Source: Candidatus Oxydemutatoraceae bacterium
GTDB lineage: Bacteria > Pseudomonadota > Gammaproteobacteria > Poriferisulfidales > Oxydemutatoraceae
Assembly (NCBI GenBank): GCA_965218975.1
Contig: OZ244717.1
Span: 1,088,001 to 1,152,000 of the forward strand
DNA length: 64,000 nucleotides
Direction: 5' to 3'
Shown: positions 41,521 through 54,144 of the stretch, piece by piece
Numbering within the stretch: the first letter of the stretch is position 1
Layout: the number at the start of each line of letters is the position of its first letter
The notes under the pieces: generated by a model
What the model was told of the DNA's origin: nothing
Database searches by the model: none
Seen by the model: the letters and a program-made list of their open reading frames with translations, nothing else
Program-made: the position numbers and the translations under genes

Positions 41521-42119
41521 TGGAATTGAAACTAGTCAGTGGGAACACAGTGCAAGTTGCGGATGCTATCTTTGCTTGCGATTTTAACGAAGCTTTGGTG
41601 CATCAGGTGGTTACCGCTTTCTTGGCCGGGGCGCGCAAAGGCACCAAAGCCCAAAAAAACCGTGCTTTGGCATCGGGTGGGGGGGCGAAACCGTGGCGCC
41701 AAAAGGGCACGGGGCGTGCACGTGCCGGCACTATAAGAAGTCCTATTTGGCGAGGAGGCGGTCGCGCATTTGCCGCGACCCCCCGGAGTTATAAGCAAAA
41801 GGTAAACCGTAAAATGTACCGCGGTGCGCTCCGGGCTATTTTGTCCGAACTATATCGCAACCGGCGTCTATATGTTGTAGAGGATCTTAATATTGATACT
41901 CACAAAACCAAAAATTTAGTTGCTTTACTTCATTCGTTTCAATTATCCTCAACTTTAATTGTTGATGAGGTGCTATCCCGCAACTTGATTCTTGCAAGCC
42001 GCAATTTACCTAATGTTGATGTATCGGCGATATACGAGTTGGACCCGGTTAATTTATTACGTTTTGATAATGTATTACTCGCTAAATCCGCGGTGGATAA
42101 GATCGGAGAATGGTTGTGA
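41520..42119 (+). CDS. rplD: 50S ribosomal protein L4
   Basis: KPWRQKGTGRARAG. Confidence 0.98.
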   Translation: MELKLVSGNTVQVADAIFACDFNEALVHQVVTAFLAGARKGTKAQKNRALASGGGAKPWRQKGTGRARAGTIRSPIWRGGGRAFAATPRSYKQKVNRKMYRGALRAILSELYRNRRLYVVEDLNIDTHKTKNLVALLHSFQLSSTLIVDEVLSRNLILASRNLPNVDVSAIYELDPVNLLRFDNVLLAKSAVDKIGEWL

Positions 42120-42415
42120 TGCAACGTGATAGATTCAGTCAAGTCTTGCTGTCGCCGCATATCTCCGAAAAAGCGACTGGTTTGGCGGAGACAATCAGGC
42201 AGCATGTTTTTAGAGTTGTGCCTGCGGCAACAAAGGATGAAGTGCGCCAAGCAATTGAATTATTTTTTAATGTCAAGGTCGCCGATGTGAATCTATTGAA
42301 TATGAAAGGAAAAAGGAAAGGGATGGGACGTACGAGAGGGCGGCGCAAACGTTGGAAAAAAGCTTACGTAACTTTGCAGGAAGGCTACGATATTCAATTA
42401 ACCGGAACCGAGTAA
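42119..42415 (+). CDS. rplW: 50S ribosomal protein L23
   Basis: PHISEKA, WKKAYVTL. Confidence 0.97.
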   Translation: MQRDRFSQVLLSPHISEKATGLAETIRQHVFRVVPAATKDEVRQAIELFFNVKVADVNLLNMKGKRKGMGRTRGRRKRWKKAYVTLQEGYDIQLTGTE

Positions 42416-42421
42416 TTTGTG

Positions 42422-43255
42422 ATGTCAACTGCTTTAGTAAAAACGAGACCGACATCGCCGGGGAGGCGTTTTGCGATTAAGGTGATTGACTCCAGCTTAC
42501 GTAAGGGTAAGCCGAAAGCGCGCCGTTTAGTTGTCGGCAAGAATAAAACGGGCGGTAGAAACAACACCGGTCGGATTACGACGCGGCATATCGGCAACGG
42601 GCACAAACGTCGTTACCGAATAATTGATTTTAAACGCGATAAGCTTGGTGTTCCGGGACGAATTGAGGCATTAGAATATGATCCGAATCGTAGTGCAAAC
42701 ATTGCTTTAGTAGTGTATGCGGATGGTGAAAGGCGCTATATGCTTGCGCCTCAGGGCATTACTGTCGGTAGTCGGGTGATGTCCGGCGATGAAGCGCCGA
42801 TTGCTATAGGGAATGCTTTGCTTCTGCGGCATATTCCGGTCGGGACGTTAGTGCATGGAATCGAACTTAAAGTTGGCAAGGGTGCGCAATTGTGTCGATC
42901 CGCAGGCGCGTCGGCGCAATATGTTGCGCGCGAGGGAATGTATGCTACGCTACGTTTACGTTCGGGAGAAGTGAGAAAAGTACCGCTCAATTGCCGTGTA
43001 GTGGTTGGTGAAGTCGGTAACAACAAACATAATTTGCGTAAATACGGGAAAGCAGGTGAAAAAAGATGGCGTGGTGTACGCCCAACAGTGCGTGGCGTAG
43101 CAATGAATCCGGTGGATCATCCGCATGGAGGCGGTGAAGGTAGAACTTCGGGTGGTCGTCATCCGGTATCGCCGTGGGGGATGCCTACCAAAGGGTACCG
43201 CACTAGAAAAAACAAGCACACTAATTATTTGATTGTGCGACGCAGGAAGCCTTAA
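42422..43255 (+). CDS. rplB: 50S ribosomal protein L2
   Basis: [21 protein letters not shown]. Confidence 0.98.
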   Translation: MSTALVKTRPTSPGRRFAIKVIDSSLRKGKPKARRLVVGKNKTGGRNNTGRITTRHIGNGHKRRYRIIDFKRDKLGVPGRIEALEYDPNRSANIALVVYADGERRYMLAPQGITVGSRVMSGDEAPIAIGNALLLRHIPVGTLVHGIELKVGKGAQLCRSAGASAQYVAREGMYATLRLRSGEVRKVPLNCRVVVGEVGNNKHNLRKYGKAGEKRWRGVRPTVRGVAMNPVDHPHGGGEGRTSGGRHPVSPWGMPTKGYRTRKNKHTNYLIVRRRKP

Positions 43256-43268
43256 GGCAGGAATTACT

Positions 43269-43547
43269 ATGCCACGTTCGCTATCAAAGGGGCCTTTTGT
43301 TGATCTTCATCTACTGAAAAAAGTTCATAATGCCGCTGATAAAAGGGACAAACGCCCAATTAAAACTTGGTCACGGCGGTCAATGATTATTCCGGAGATG
43401 GTTGGTTTGAATATTGCCGTACATAATGGTCGTCAACATATACCGTTGTACATTACTGAGCAGATGGTCGGGCATAAGCTGGGTGAATTTGCTCCGACGC
43501 GTACTTTTAAGATGCATTCGGGCGATCGCAAAACTAAAATGGTGTAA
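43269..43547 (+). CDS. rpsS: 30S ribosomal protein S19
   Basis: [23 protein letters not shown]. Confidence 0.98.
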   Translation: MPRSLSKGPFVDLHLLKKVHNAADKRDKRPIKTWSRRSMIIPEMVGLNIAVHNGRQHIPLYITEQMVGHKLGEFAPTRTFKMHSGDRKTKMV

Positions 43548-43554
43548 GGCGCAA

Positions 43555-43893
43555 ATGGAAGTAACTGCAAGATTAAGAAGGGTTCGTGTTTCGCCTCGGA
43601 AGTGCCGGTTAGTGGCGGATCGAACACGCGGGCTATTAGTCGCTAAAGCGTTGGATTTTCTGAAGTTTAGCAATAAGAAAAGTGCGTTTCTGGTAAAAAA
43701 ACTGCTGGAGTCGGCCATTGCTAATGCCGAACATAACGAGGGCGCCGATATAGACGAATTAAAAGTTAGTAGCATTTATGTGGATGAAGGCCCTACTTAT
43801 AAGAGATTTCGTCCGCGTGCGAAAGGACGGGTATCGCCCATTATGAAAAGAACCAGTCACATTACCATCACACTAAGTGACGGGCAGAGCTAG
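43555..43893 (+). CDS. rplV: 50S ribosomal protein L22
   Basis: [15 protein letters not shown]. Confidence 0.97.
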   Translation: MEVTARLRRVRVSPRKCRLVADRTRGLLVAKALDFLKFSNKKSAFLVKKLLESAIANAEHNEGADIDELKVSSIYVDEGPTYKRFRPRAKGRVSPIMKRTSHITITLSDGQS

Positions 43894-43905
43894 TCAGGAG
43901 TTATT

Positions 43906-44589
43906 ATGGGACAGAAAGTTCATCCGACGGGATTCAGACTTGGTATTACTACCGATTGGACTTCTAAGTGGTATGCGGAGAGAAGCAATTTTTCTAAGAC
44001 TTTACACACCGACATTGAAACACGTAATTATTTGCGTAATAGACTTGCGCAAGCGTCGGTTAGCCGAATTCAGATTGAAAGACCGTCTAATTCAGCTTTC
44101 ATTGTGATCCATACCGCGCGTCCAGGTATTGTGATAGGCAAGAAAGGAAAAGACATAGAAAGTTTAAGGTTAGCGGTTGCTCGTCTGATGCGTTTGAATA
44201 AGAATAATGTCAAGATTAATATCGAGGAAATCCGCAAACCTGAGATTGATGCAGCGTTGGTGGCCGATAGTATCGCTCAACAGTTGGAGCGAAGAATTAT
44301 GTTTCGTCGTGCGATGAAACGTGCGGTGCAGAATGCATTAAGACTTGGAGCGTTAGGAGTGAAAATATCGGTTTCGGGGCGTTTAAACGGTGCGGAGATC
44401 GCTCGTTCGGAGTGGTATCGTGAGGGTTGTGTGCCTCTACACACGTTACGTGCGCATATTGATTACAGTGTTGCCGAAGCAAATACGACATACGGGATTA
44501 TCGGTGTCAAAGTTTGGATTTATAAGGGAGAATCAAAAGATGTTCTCGGAAAGGATAATGAGCCGGTGCCTCTAAAACCAAGTAAATAG
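43906..44589 (+). CDS. rpsC: 30S ribosomal protein S3
   Basis: [22 protein letters not shown]. Confidence 0.98.
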   Translation: MGQKVHPTGFRLGITTDWTSKWYAERSNFSKTLHTDIETRNYLRNRLAQASVSRIQIERPSNSAFIVIHTARPGIVIGKKGKDIESLRLAVARLMRLNKNNVKINIEEIRKPEIDAALVADSIAQQLERRIMFRRAMKRAVQNALRLGALGVKISVSGRLNGAEIARSEWYREGCVPLHTLRAHIDYSVAEANTTYGIIGVKVWIYKGESKDVLGKDNEPVPLKPSK

Positions 44590-44591
44590 CC

Positions 44592-45005
44592 ATGTTACAA
44601 CCGAAGAAGACAAAATTTAGAAAAATGCAAAAAGGGCGTAATCGCGGTCTGGCATTTAACAGTAACCGCGTGAGTTTCGGCGAGTACGGTCTTAAATCGA
44701 TCGGACGCGGTCGTATTACGGCACAGCAGATTGAGGCAGCGCGCCGGGCAATGACTCGTCATGTTAAACGCGGCGGCAAAATATGGATCCGTGTTTTCCC
44801 CGACAAGCCAATTACGAAAAAACCGTTGGAAGTACGTCAGGGCAAAGGTAAGGGCAACGTTGAATTTTGGGTAGCGCAAGTACAGCCCGGCAGAATGCTC
44901 TATGAGATGGAAGGAATTAGCGAAAATCTCGCGCGTGAAGCATTTCGGCGTGCAGCGGCAAAATTGCCGGTTAAGACCGCATTCGCGCATCGAGTGATTA
45001 TGTGA
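44592..45005 (+). CDS. rplP: 50S ribosomal protein L16
   Basis: [21 protein letters not shown]. Confidence 0.98.
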   Translation: MLQPKKTKFRKMQKGRNRGLAFNSNRVSFGEYGLKSIGRGRITAQQIEAARRAMTRHVKRGGKIWIRVFPDKPITKKPLEVRQGKGKGNVEFWVAQVQPGRMLYEMEGISENLAREAFRRAAAKLPVKTAFAHRVIM

Positions 45006-45217
45006 TGTTAGCGAAGGAATTAGAAAGCAAGACAATTGATGAGTTGCGTAAAGAAGTGGCGGACTTACGTAAAGAGCAATGGAATTTGAAGATGGAAGGT
45101 CGAACGGGTCAATCGACGCGGTATAGCCAATTCAAGAAATTGCGTCGGGATATTGCGCGGATTTATACAGTGATGAATAAAAAGAAAAAACAAATGTATC
45201 AGGACACGACGCGATGA
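45005..45217 (+). CDS. rpmC: 50S ribosomal protein L29
   Basis: [10 protein letters not shown]; operon position. Confidence 0.93.
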   Translation: MLAKELESKTIDELRKEVADLRKEQWNLKMEGRTGQSTRYSQFKKLRRDIARIYTVMNKKKKQMYQDTTR

Positions 45218-45474
45218 GCGAAAGCGATAAAAAGCAACGTACATTAGTCGGCAATGTGATCAGTAATAAGATGAATCGTACTGCTGTAGTGGCAGTGCAG
45301 AGACGCGTCAAGCATCCGGTGTATGGCAAGTATATTACCCGTACGACAAAGTTACAGGTGCATGATGCCGAGAATGTTTGCGGTATCGGTGATTTGGTTT
45401 CAATAGCCTCATGCCGGCCGATTTCCAAGCATAAATCATGGGAGCTGCTACAGGTCATTGAGAAAGTGGATTAA
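45214..45474 (+). CDS. rpsQ: 30S ribosomal protein S17
   Basis: [17 protein letters not shown]. Confidence 0.97.
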   Translation: MSESDKKQRTLVGNVISNKMNRTAVVAVQRRVKHPVYGKYITRTTKLQVHDAENVCGIGDLVSIASCRPISKHKSWELLQVIEKVD

Positions 45475-45476
45475 GT

Positions 45477-45848
45477 ATGATGGTGCAGATGCAAACTATA
45501 GTAGAAATTGCCGACAATAGCGGCGCGCGTAAAGTGCAGTGTATTAAAGTGCTGGGCGGTTCACATCGTCGTTATGCAAGTCTTGGCGATGTAATCAAGG
45601 TGAGCGTTAAAGATGCCGCGCCGCGCGGACGTGTCAAAAAAGGCGAGGTATATAATGCGGTTATAGTGCGGACCAAGAAAGGCGTGCGCCATACCGACGG
45701 TTCGCTGATTCATTTTGACGACAATGCTGCGGTGCTTCTTAACGCGCAGCTACAGCCCATCGGCACTAGAATTTTCGGTCCGGTTACTCGTGAGCTTCGT
45801 ACTGAAAAGTTTATGAAGATTATTTCACTTGCGCCGGAAGTGTTGTAA
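45477..45848 (+). CDS. rplN: 50S ribosomal protein L14
   Basis: [20 protein letters not shown]. Confidence 0.98.
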   Translation: MMVQMQTIVEIADNSGARKVQCIKVLGGSHRRYASLGDVIKVSVKDAAPRGRVKKGEVYNAVIVRTKKGVRHTDGSLIHFDDNAAVLLNAQLQPIGTRIFGPVTRELRTEKFMKIISLAPEVL

Positions 45849-45870
45849 AGTCATTAGAAAGCGAATATCA

Positions 45871-46182
45871 ATGCGAAGAATTAAAAAAAATGACGAAGTG
45901 ATTGTGATTACCGGTAAAGATAAGGGTAAGCAAGGCAAAGTATTGCGTACGGCAGGTGATACGGTAATTATCGACGGCGTTAATCTGGTGAAAAAAGCGG
46001 TGCGTCCCAATCCTAACAAAGGAGAATCCGGAGGCATCAAGTCTGAAGAATCGCCAATCCATGTATCTAATGTGCAGTTGTTTAATCCGGCGACCGGGAA
46101 AGGCGATCGGGTTGGGTTTCGAATATCGGACGACGGCAAAAAAGTAAGGTATTTCAAGTCCGGCGGTGAGAAGGTAGATTGA
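45871..46182 (+). CDS. rplX: 50S ribosomal protein L24
   Basis: [18 protein letters not shown]. Confidence 0.97.
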   Translation: MRRIKKNDEVIVITGKDKGKQGKVLRTAGDTVIIDGVNLVKKAVRPNPNKGESGGIKSEESPIHVSNVQLFNPATGKGDRVGFRISDDGKKVRYFKSGGEKVD

Positions 46183-46186
46183 AGAA

Positions 46187-46750
46187 ATGATTGGAGCGAC
46201 TGCAAAACCACGGCTGGAACAAATGTATAAAGATGTTGTTTTAAAACGTCTGCAGGAAACGTTGAAGTTGAGCTCAGCGATTCAAGTGCCGCGATTGGAT
46301 AAAATCACCATCAACATGGGGTTGGGCGAAGCGGCGCGCGATAAGAATATTATTGCTGCTGCGGTCGAAGATATGACCAAGATCGCCGGTCAAAAAGCGA
46401 TTGTTACTCGGGCAAGGAGGTCTATTGCAACTTTCGGTATTCGTGCCGGTTGGCCGATTGGCTGTAAGGTGACATTGCGCAAAGCACGCATGTATGAATT
46501 TTTGGATCGTCTGATTAATGTTGCGGTTCCGCGAATTAGAGATTTTCGCGGGTTTACCCCAAAGTCGTTTGACGGCCGCGGTAACTATACATTGGGTATT
46601 TCAGAGCAAATCGTTTTTCCGGAAATAGATTATGACAAAATTGACAAGTTACGCGGTATGGACATTACGTTAACGACCAATACAAATAATGCTCGGTTTT
46701 CTCATGCATTGCTAACAGAGTTTAATTTTCCATTTAAGGAGTCAACATAG
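46187..46750 (+). CDS. rplE: 50S ribosomal protein L5
   Basis: [23 protein letters not shown]. Confidence 0.98.
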   Translation: MIGATAKPRLEQMYKDVVLKRLQETLKLSSAIQVPRLDKITINMGLGEAARDKNIIAAAVEDMTKIAGQKAIVTRARRSIATFGIRAGWPIGCKVTLRKARMYEFLDRLINVAVPRIRDFRGFTPKSFDGRGNYTLGISEQIVFPEIDYDKIDKLRGMDITLTTNTNNARFSHALLTEFNFPFKEST

Positions 46751-46760
46751 GATTTTGTTT

Positions 46761-47066
46761 ATGGCGAAAGTTTCTGTTATCGAAAGGGAGAAAAAGCGGA
46801 TTCGGATAGTTAGGAAATATCAATCGGAACGTGTACGCTTGAAAAAACTCATTCAAAGTTCTCAGATAAGCGACGAAGAGCGTTTGCAAGCGATTGCGGA
46901 TTTACAGGTATTACCGCGTAATTCCAGTCCGTGTCGCTTACGTAATCGTTGTGTTGTAACCGGTAGACCGCGTGGTTTTTATCGAAAATTCGGTTTATCG
47001 CGCAATAAATTGCGTGAGCACGCAATGAACGGCGATATACCGGGTTTGGTGAAAGCAAGTTGGTAA
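46761..47066 (+). CDS. rpsN: 30S ribosomal protein S14
   Basis: [17 protein letters not shown]. Confidence 0.97.
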   Translation: MAKVSVIEREKKRIRIVRKYQSERVRLKKLIQSSQISDEERLQAIADLQVLPRNSSPCRLRNRCVVTGRPRGFYRKFGLSRNKLREHAMNGDIPGLVKASW

Positions 47067-47078
47067 GGAGTTGATACG

Positions 47079-47474
47079 ATGTCGATGAGTGACCCGATTG
47101 CAGATATGTTGACACGTATTCGCAATGCGCAGGCGGTGGATATGCCGGATGTGAGCATGCCTCATTCAAAAATGAAACTTGCGATTGCGAAAACTTTAAA
47201 GGAAGAAGGCTATATTCACGATTTCCATGTTGGCAAGCAGGGAAGTCACGCTACTTTGACGTTAATATTAAAGTATTTTGAAAATAAACCTGTGATTGAG
47301 CTAATTTGGCGTGTAAGCCGCCCCGGGCTGAGAATCTATCGTGGTGTTAAGGGTCTACCGACAGTGATGGGGGGGCTAGGTATTGCAATTATTTCAACTT
47401 CAAACGGTGTGATGAGTAACCGTCAAGCAATTGCCGAGCATCAAGGCGGCGAAGTCTTATGTATTGTCGAATGA
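47079..47474 (+). CDS. rpsH: 30S ribosomal protein S8
   Basis: [21 protein letters not shown]. Confidence 0.98.
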   Translation: MSMSDPIADMLTRIRNAQAVDMPDVSMPHSKMKLAIAKTLKEEGYIHDFHVGKQGSHATLTLILKYFENKPVIELIWRVSRPGLRIYRGVKGLPTVMGGLGIAIISTSNGVMSNRQAIAEHQGGEVLCIVE

Positions 47475-47481
47475 TGCGGAT

Positions 47482-48009
47482 ATGACACGATTTGCCGACA
47501 AATTAATTAATATTCCGCCCGGTGTCGAAGTACACGTATCCGGCCGTGAAATTATGGCAAAAGGACCGCGAGGAAAAAATCAAATGTCGGTGCATGAGAT
47601 GGTGGAATTTAGCTATAGTGAAAGAGGTCTCAAGTTTAGTCACACTCAAAAAGAAGCATCACCTTTTACTGGTACAATGTATTCGTTGGCAAACAATTTA
47701 CTCATCGGTGTAAGTCAAGGTTTTGAAAAGCGGCTGGAATTGGTTGGTGTGGGCTACCGTGCGCAAGTCAAAGGAAAGGCGCTGAATTTACAATTGGGTT
47801 TTTCCCATCCTATCGATTTTTTGATTCCTGAAGGTATTACGATTGAAACGCCGAGCCAAACAGAAGTGGTAATTAAAGGAGTGGATAAACAAAAAGTCGG
47901 ACAGACAGCCGCCGAGATTCATGCGTTAAGGCCGCCGGAACCCTATAAAGGTAAAGGTGTACGTTATAAAAATGAAAGAATCCTTCGCAAGGAAGGCAAA
48001 AAGAAATAA
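47482..48009 (+). CDS. rplF: 50S ribosomal protein L6
   Basis: [14 protein letters not shown]. Confidence 0.97.
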   Translation: MTRFADKLINIPPGVEVHVSGREIMAKGPRGKNQMSVHEMVEFSYSERGLKFSHTQKEASPFTGTMYSLANNLLIGVSQGFEKRLELVGVGYRAQVKGKALNLQLGFSHPIDFLIPEGITIETPSQTEVVIKGVDKQKVGQTAAEIHALRPPEPYKGKGVRYKNERILRKEGKKK

Positions 48010-48362
48010 TGGATAAACAGAAGGCTAGATTACGCCGTGCGCGAAAAACGAGGAGCACGATACGGCGGAGTAACATCCATCGTCTGTGCGTGCATCGAAC
48101 CCCGCGGCATATTTACGCTTACATTATATTGGCGGACGGTTCGAAAACGTTGGCTACTGCTTCAACATTAGATAAAGAAATTACTGCCGCAGACAACAAA
48201 GGAAATAAATCGGAACTTGCAGCAAAGGTGGGTGAATTAATTGCTAAGCGCTCTCTTGAGAAAGGAGTGAAAGACGTTGCTTTTGATCGTTCCGGGTTTA
48301 AGTATCACGGACGAGTTAAAGCGCTTGCCGAATCAGCACGTACGAATGGTTTAAACTTTTGA
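48009..48362 (+). CDS. rplR: 50S ribosomal protein L18
   Basis: [12 protein letters not shown]. Confidence 0.97.
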   Translation: MDKQKARLRRARKTRSTIRRSNIHRLCVHRTPRHIYAYIILADGSKTLATASTLDKEITAADNKGNKSELAAKVGELIAKRSLEKGVKDVAFDRSGFKYHGRVKALAESARTNGLNF

Positions 48363-48374
48363 TGGAGAAACGAA

Positions 48375-48893
48375 ATGGGAAGGAATGTTCAAACAGCTGA
48401 ATTGACTGACAACCTGCTGGAAAAATTGGTGCATGTGAATCGCGTTGCCAAAGTAGTGAAGGGTGGTAGACAGTTTGGATTCGCGGCGTTGACGGTTGTC
48501 GGGGATAACAATGGCCAAGTTGGTTGTGGTTACGGAAAGGCGCGTGAGGTACCGCTTGCTATTCAAAAAGCGATGGAATCGGCGCGCAAAAATATGGTGA
48601 CGGTACCACTGAAGGACGGCACTTTATATTATCCTGTGATGGTTCGTTATGGTGCGGCAAAAGTCTATATGCAACCGGCATCTTCCGGCACAGGCATTAT
48701 TGCAGGTGGCACAATGCGTGCGGTATTTGAAGTATTAGGCGTTAGAGACGTATTGGCAAAAATCATCGGTTCGTGTAATCCGATTAATGTTGTGCGAGCG
48801 ACGGTAAAAGGACTATCGGAGATGCATTCTCCGGAAAAAATGGCAATGAAACGTGGTAAAACTATTGCAAATTTGATCCATACAGGGAAATAG
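48375..48893 (+). CDS. rpsE: 30S ribosomal protein S5
   Basis: [19 protein letters not shown]. Confidence 0.98.
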   Translation: MGRNVQTAELTDNLLEKLVHVNRVAKVVKGGRQFGFAALTVVGDNNGQVGCGYGKAREVPLAIQKAMESARKNMVTVPLKDGTLYYPVMVRYGAAKVYMQPASSGTGIIAGGTMRAVFEVLGVRDVLAKIIGSCNPINVVRATVKGLSEMHSPEKMAMKRGKTIANLIHTGK

Positions 48894-48907
48894 CACGAGA
48901 TATAAAA

Positions 48908-49090
48908 ATGCCCGAACAGTTAAAGATCACCCTGGTGAAAAGTATGAATGGCCGGTTAAAGTCGCATCAGTTATGTGTTCGCGGACTTGGTTTGAAACGT
49001 ATGCATCAGACAGTAACGGTGGAAGATACATCGGCAAACCGAGGCATGGCGAAGAAAGCCCACTATCTCTTAAAAGTTGAGTCTATTTAG
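48908..49090 (+). CDS. rpmD: 50S ribosomal protein L30
   Basis: LKITLVKS, GLGL; operon position. Confidence 0.95.
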   Translation: MPEQLKITLVKSMNGRLKSHQLCVRGLGLKRMHQTVTVEDTSANRGMAKKAHYLLKVESI

Positions 49091-49091
49091 A

Positions 49092-49538
49092 ATGAGTACA
49101 TCGCTTAAATTAAATACTATCCAACCCGCAAAAGGTGCGAAGCAAGTCGCTAAACGTGTCGGACGAGGTACAGGTTCCGGTTTGGGAAAGACCTGCGGAC
49201 GAGGAAGTAAAGGACAAAAATCACGTGCCGGTAGTTACCGTAGAGTGGGATTTGAAGGCGGGCAAATGCCAGTGCAGAGACGATTGCCCAAGTTTGGATT
49301 TCGTTCGCCGCAAGCGAGCTTGACTGCGCAAGTTCAATTACATGAATTGGCGAATATTACGCAAAATCCGATTGATCATGCGGCGCTGATTGCTGCAGGT
49401 GTCGTACCGAAACGATCGAAAAAGGCGAAGGTAATTTTATCGGGCCGGCTAGATAGGGCAGTGGTGCTTCAAGGCATCGCGGCAACCCGAGGAGCGCGCC
49501 GAGCGATTGAATCTGTCGGCGGCAAAGTGGAGGAGTAG
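49092..49538 (+). CDS. rplO: 50S ribosomal protein L15
   Basis: RVGRG.GSG.GKT, GFEGGQMP. Confidence 0.97.
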   Translation: MSTSLKLNTIQPAKGAKQVAKRVGRGTGSGLGKTCGRGSKGQKSRAGSYRRVGFEGGQMPVQRRLPKFGFRSPQASLTAQVQLHELANITQNPIDHAALIAAGVVPKRSKKAKVILSGRLDRAVVLQGIAATRGARRAIESVGGKVEE

Positions 49539-49541
49539 GCA

Positions 49542-50879
49542 ATGTCTGTAGCGCAACAGGGATTAGCGGCAAGTCTTTCGGGAGTTAAGCGTGCTTCGGA
49601 GTTGCGTAGCCGTTTGTTGTTTGTGTTAATGGCATTAGTCATTTATCGCATTGGCAGTTTTATTCCGGTTCCCGGGATTGACCCTGAACAAATGGCACAA
49701 TTTTTTGAACAGCAAAGCGGCACTATTTTAGATATGTTTAATATGTTTTCGGGTGGTGCGCTGGAACGTCTTAGTTTGTTTGCATTGGGCGTAATGCCGT
49801 ATATTTCAGCATCCATCATCATGCAGCTGACTACAGCGATTATTCCGTCAATGAAGGAATTGAAAAAGGAGGGTGAGCGTGGTCGTCGCGTGATTATGCA
49901 ATATACTCGCTACGGAACGGTAGTTCTTGCCACATTTCAGGCGATTGGTGTTGCCATCGCTCTGCAGAGCCAAGGCGTTGCCTACGTGACTGGTCCCGGA
50001 TTTATTTTAACGGTGGCGATTTCGTTGGTAACCGGAACAATGTTTTTAATGTGGTTAGGTGAGCAGATTAACGAAAAAGGTATCGGCAATGGCATCTCGA
50101 TTATTATTTTTGCCGGCATTGTCGCCGGGCTTCCTTCGGCAGCGGGTGGCACTTTGGAACTTGCGAGCACCGGTGAATTATCTCCGCCGTTGGTCATGTT
50201 GCTTTTTGCGTTGGCGATTGCTGTGACCGGATTTGTGGTTTTCACTGAAAGAGGACAGCGGCGTTTGACGATCAATTACGCAAGACGTCAACGCGGACAA
50301 CGGATTTATGCGGGTCAATCAAGTCATTTGCCGTTGAAATTAAATATGGCAGGGGTCATTCCACCGATTTTTGCATCAAGTATTATTTTATTTCCGGCAA
50401 CTTTGGGGCAGTGGTTTGGTCGTGCTGATGGTTTCGGTTGGTTGAGCAGCTTTTCAACTGCAATTGCGCCTGGACAACCTTTGTACATTACATTTTATGC
50501 GGCAGCAATTATTTTCTTTTGCTTTTTTTATACTGCGATCGTGTTTGATGCAAACGATACGGCAGATAACTTAAAGCGTGCCGGCGCGTTTGTTCCCGGA
50601 ATCAGACCGGGTCGGCAGACGGCAAACTACATTGATAGTGTTACTAGTCGCTTGACGATGGCAGGCGCCATCTATATTACTTTGGTTTGTTTACTGCCTG
50701 AGTTTTTGGTACTGTCATGGAATGTCCCGTTTTATTTCGGCGGAACTTCATTATTGATTATTGTCGTTGTTATCATGGACTTTATGGCTCAAGTTCAAGT
50801 TCATTTGATGTCACACCAATATGAAGGATTGATGAAAAAAGCTAATTTAAAGACGCAACGGCGTTCACGCCGGATATGA
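49542..50879 (+). CDS. secY: Preprotein translocase SecY
   Basis: [30 protein letters not shown]. Confidence 0.98.
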   Translation: MSVAQQGLAASLSGVKRASELRSRLLFVLMALVIYRIGSFIPVPGIDPEQMAQFFEQQSGTILDMFNMFSGGALERLSLFALGVMPYISASIIMQLTTAIIPSMKELKKEGERGRRVIMQYTRYGTVVLATFQAIGVAIALQSQGVAYVTGPGFILTVAISLVTGTMFLMWLGEQINEKGIGNGISIIIFAGIVAGLPSAAGGTLELASTGELSPPLVMLLFALAIAVTGFVVFTERGQRRLTINYARRQRGQRIYAGQSSHLPLKLNMAGVIPPIFASSIILFPATLGQWFGRADGFGWLSSFSTAIAPGQPLYITFYAAAIIFFCFFYTAIVFDANDTADNLKRAGAFVPGIRPGRQTANYIDSVTSRLTMAGAIYITLVCLLPEFLVLSWNVPFYFGGTSLLIIVVVIMDFMAQVQVHLMSHQYEGLMKKANLKTQRRSRRI

Positions 50880-50902
50880 TTTAGAAAGCACAGAGGAGTG
50901 CA

Positions 50903-51016
50903 ATGAAAGTACGTGCATCAGTAAAAAAGATTTGTCGACACTGCAAAATTATTCGGCGGAAGGGTGTAGTTCGCGTTATTTGTACCGATCCAAGGCATAA
51001 GCAAAGGCAGGGGTAA
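50903..51016 (+). CDS. rpmJ: 50S ribosomal protein L36 (zinc-binding form; not in the ORF track)
   Basis: [37 protein letters not shown]. Confidence 0.97.
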   Translation: MKVRASVKKICRHCKIIRRKGVVRVICTDPRHKQRQG

Positions 51017-51078
51017 GACCGTCGCATGCGTACCCGGATATTTTCTTTTATAATACATCGCTTTTTTGGGAAGTGACG

Positions 51079-51435
51079 ATGGCACGGATCATAGGCATTA
51101 ATATTCCCGATAATAAGCATGCTACCATAGCATTAACGGCTATTTTGGGTATCGGTAGAAGCACCGCACGTAAAATTTGCATTGCAAGTAAAGTTCGCCC
51201 CGATGTAAAGATAAAAGATTTGGATGAGAAAGATTTGGAGAGGATTCGGAGAGAGGTTGTTCAGTATACGGTTGAGGGCGACTTACGTCGCGAAATTAAT
51301 TTAAACATCAAGCGGTTACGGGATTTAGGCTGTTATCGCGGTTTGCGTCATCGGCGTGGGTTGCCGGTGCATGGTCAGCGGACTCGCACGAATGCCAGAA
51401 CACGTAAAGGACCGCGCAAAATCATTAAGAAATAA
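51079..51435 (+). CDS. rpsM: 30S ribosomal protein S13
   Basis: [16 protein letters not shown]. Confidence 0.98.
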   Translation: MARIIGINIPDNKHATIALTAILGIGRSTARKICIASKVRPDVKIKDLDEKDLERIRREVVQYTVEGDLRREINLNIKRLRDLGCYRGLRHRRGLPVHGQRTRTNARTRKGPRKIIKK

Positions 51436-51441
51436 TATCTG

Positions 51442-51828
51442 ATGGTAAAAAAAACTAACAGTCGTAAGAAAGTAAAAAAGAATATTACTGATGGTATCGC
51501 CCACATTAGTTCTTCTTTTAATAACACAATCATTATGATCACCGATCGACAAGGGAATGCTTTATGCTGGGCGACTGCGGGTGCTTCCGGATTCAAAGGT
51601 TCGCGTAAAAGCACGCCATTTGCCGCGCAAGTTGCCGCCGAACGTGTCGGTAAGATGGCGAAAGGATTCGGCATACAAAATCTTGAAGTAAATGTCAAAG
51701 GTCCCGGTCCTGGGCGCGAATCTGCGGTGCGTTCCTTAAATGCGGTCGGTCTTAAGATTTCTAGTATCACAGATGTAACGCCAATTCCGCATAATGGTTG
51801 TCGTCCACCTAAACGTCGTCGCGTTTGA
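51442..51828 (+). CDS. rpsK: 30S ribosomal protein S11
   Basis: [22 protein letters not shown]. Confidence 0.98.
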   Translation: MVKKTNSRKKVKKNITDGIAHISSSFNNTIIMITDRQGNALCWATAGASGFKGSRKSTPFAAQVAAERVGKMAKGFGIQNLEVNVKGPGPGRESAVRSLNAVGLKISSITDVTPIPHNGCRPPKRRRV

Positions 51829-51846
51829 CTTCGGAGTTATTAAACT

Positions 51847-52467
51847 ATGGCACGTTACCTCGGACCCACATGTAAATTAAGCAGACGCGAAGGCACCGAT
51901 CTTATGCTGAAAAGTCGGACGCGTGCGCTTGAAACAAAGTGTAATATGGATAAAGTTCCCGGACAGCATGGCGAACGCAAACCCAGAATATCGGATTACG
52001 GTATACAGTTGCGTGAAAAACAAAAATTGCGTCGAATTTATGGCGTGATGGAGAAGCAATTCCGTAACTATTATAAGCGGGCGACGCGGACGAAAGGTTC
52101 AACGGGTGAAAACTTGTTACGTTTGCTGGAGTGCCGCTTGGATAACGTGGTGTATCGGATGGGTTTTGGATCAACGCGCAAAGAATCGCGGCAATTGGTC
52201 AACCATAAAGCAGTGCGAGTTAACGGAAAGCAAGTCAATATTCCCGCGTACCAGGTTATGCCGTCGGATGAAATTAGCATCGCCGATAAATCGTGCGAAC
52301 AACTACGTATTAAGGATTCATTTAATATTGCGAAACAAATTGGTTTCCCGGATTGGATTGAAGTTGATGTTGATGCAATGAAAGCTGTGTTCAAAAGTAT
52401 TCCTGAAAGAGCGGAGTTGTCGCAGGATATTAATGAATCTTTAGTTGTGGAACTTTATTCCAAATAG
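51847..52467 (+). CDS. rpsD: 30S ribosomal protein S4
   Basis: [21 protein letters not shown]. Confidence 0.98.
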   Translation: MARYLGPTCKLSRREGTDLMLKSRTRALETKCNMDKVPGQHGERKPRISDYGIQLREKQKLRRIYGVMEKQFRNYYKRATRTKGSTGENLLRLLECRLDNVVYRMGFGSTRKESRQLVNHKAVRVNGKQVNIPAYQVMPSDEISIADKSCEQLRIKDSFNIAKQIGFPDWIEVDVDAMKAVFKSIPERAELSQDINESLVVELYSK

Positions 52468-52497
52468 AAAATTTTTGTACATTAGGAGTCAGCAGCA

Positions 52498-53508
52498 GTG
52501 GCATATATTGAAAACTTATTAACGCCGCGTATTGAGGATATACGCACTATCTCGGACAATTGTATGCGTATTACCATGGAGCCCTTGGAGCGTGGGTTTG
52601 CTCACACCTTAGGCAATGCTTTACGCCGTGTGCTATTGTCGTCAATCCCAGGAGCGGCGGTGGTTGAGGTACGGATTGAAGGCGTTTTACATGAGTACAA
52701 CATCATTGAAGGTGTGGAAGAGGATGTGATTGATATAATGCTGAACTTAAAAGGTCTGGCTATCAAAATGCATAATAAAAATATAGCAAATATTTTGTTG
52801 ACGAAAAAAGGTCCCAGGGTTGTGATCGGTGAAGATTTACAAACCGATAGCGATATTGAAATCGTTAATAAGCAACATGTCATTGCCAATCTAACCGAAA
52901 AAGGCAGTCTTGAGATGATGTTGCTGATAGAGAGAGGACGAGGTTATCAGCCGTCATCCGACCGTAAGAAATTGGAAAGTGAGCAAGGACATACGGTAGG
53001 CAGATTGCTACTTGACGCAAGTTTCAGCCCGGTTCTGCGTGTGACTTACAGTGTCGATACGGCGCGTGTTGAACGACGTACCGATTTGGACAGCTTAATT
53101 TTGGAAGTGGAGACGAATGGCACGATTTCACCCGAAAATGCGGTGCGTGAAGCAGCGCATATTCTGCATCAGCAGATTGAATCCTTTGCCGAATTCGACA
53201 GTAGCAAGCCGGTTCAGGAAGAGCGGGTGACCGATGAGTTGAATCCGTTACTGCTGATGCCGATTGATGAGCTCGATCTTACGGTACGTTCCACTAACTG
53301 TTTGAAAGCCGAGCGTATCTTCTATGTCGGGGACTTAGTGGTTCGTACTGAAGTTGAATTGTTGAAGGCGCCGAATTTGGGCAGGAAGTCGTTGGACGAA
53401 ATTAAATCAGTTTTAGCAGAGCGTGGATTGAGTCTTGGTACCGAGTTGGAAAATTGGACGCCTGCCAGATTGCGTATGGGAGGCGACATAGGGATATTCT
53501 CGCGCTAG
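52498..53508 (+). CDS. rpoA: RNA polymerase alpha subunit
   Basis: [21 protein letters not shown]. Confidence 0.98.
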   Translation: MAYIENLLTPRIEDIRTISDNCMRITMEPLERGFAHTLGNALRRVLLSSIPGAAVVEVRIEGVLHEYNIIEGVEEDVIDIMLNLKGLAIKMHNKNIANILLTKKGPRVVIGEDLQTDSDIEIVNKQHVIANLTEKGSLEMMLLIERGRGYQPSSDRKKLESEQGHTVGRLLLDASFSPVLRVTYSVDTARVERRTDLDSLILEVETNGTISPENAVREAAHILHQQIESFAEFDSSKPVQEERVTDELNPLLLMPIDELDLTVRSTNCLKAERIFYVGDLVVRTEVELLKAPNLGRKSLDEIKSVLAERGLSLGTELENWTPARLRMGGDIGIFSR

Positions 53509-53541
53509 TCGCGTGGTTAGGGTATATAGTGGATAAATATT

Positions 53542-53916
53542 ATGCGTCATCGTTGTTCGGGAAGAAAATTAAATCGTACTGGCAGCCATCGCCAAGCGAT
53601 GTTTGCGAATATTAGCGTGGCTTTAATTGAACACGAGGTGATTCGTACAACATTGCCAAAAGCAAAAGAGTTGAGACGAACGATTGAACCGCTGATTACC
53701 CTGTCCAAAAATGATAGTGTTGCGGCACGCCGAAGAACTTTTGCTAAATTACGCAATAAAGCGGCAGTCGGTAAATTATTTACCGAGCTGGGCCCGCGCT
53801 ATAAGGAACGAAACGGCGGGTACTTGAAGATCCTTAAGCATGGTTTTCGTAATGGCGACAATGCTCCGATGGCTTATGTTGAATTGATTGATCGCCCGAC
53901 AGATTCTTCCGAATAA
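53542..53916 (+). CDS. rplQ: 50S ribosomal protein L17
   Basis: [21 protein letters not shown]. Confidence 0.98.
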   Translation: MRHRCSGRKLNRTGSHRQAMFANISVALIEHEVIRTTLPKAKELRRTIEPLITLSKNDSVAARRRTFAKLRNKAAVGKLFTELGPRYKERNGGYLKILKHGFRNGDNAPMAYVELIDRPTDSSE

Positions 53917-54081
53917 GAAGATTTTACTAATAAAATTTCCAATCTCTATTTTGTTCGCCGGTTTCCATGAAAGCGGGGATATAGGAATATTGCTATTCCT
54001 TTGTTGTGAACAGATATTCGGATCGATAGAATTTAAGGCTGTAAGCTATTGATTTATGATTTTTATAAAATACGGAAGGGT

Positions 54082-54117
54082 AAAAAAAAGCCGGGTATTG
54101 TTATTACACCCGGCTTT
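54082..54117 (-). terminator. Rho-independent terminator of pstS
   Basis: aaagccgggt...acccggcttt stem with an A8 tract on + (U-tract on -). Confidence 0.8.
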
Positions 54118-54144
54118 CCCTCAGATTATTTTTAATTAAAGACG

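Noticed and set aside
44410-44450. S3 EGCVPL in place of the usual EGRVPL
   Set aside because: A single substitution; lineage variation cannot be told from a base-call error using this sequence alone.
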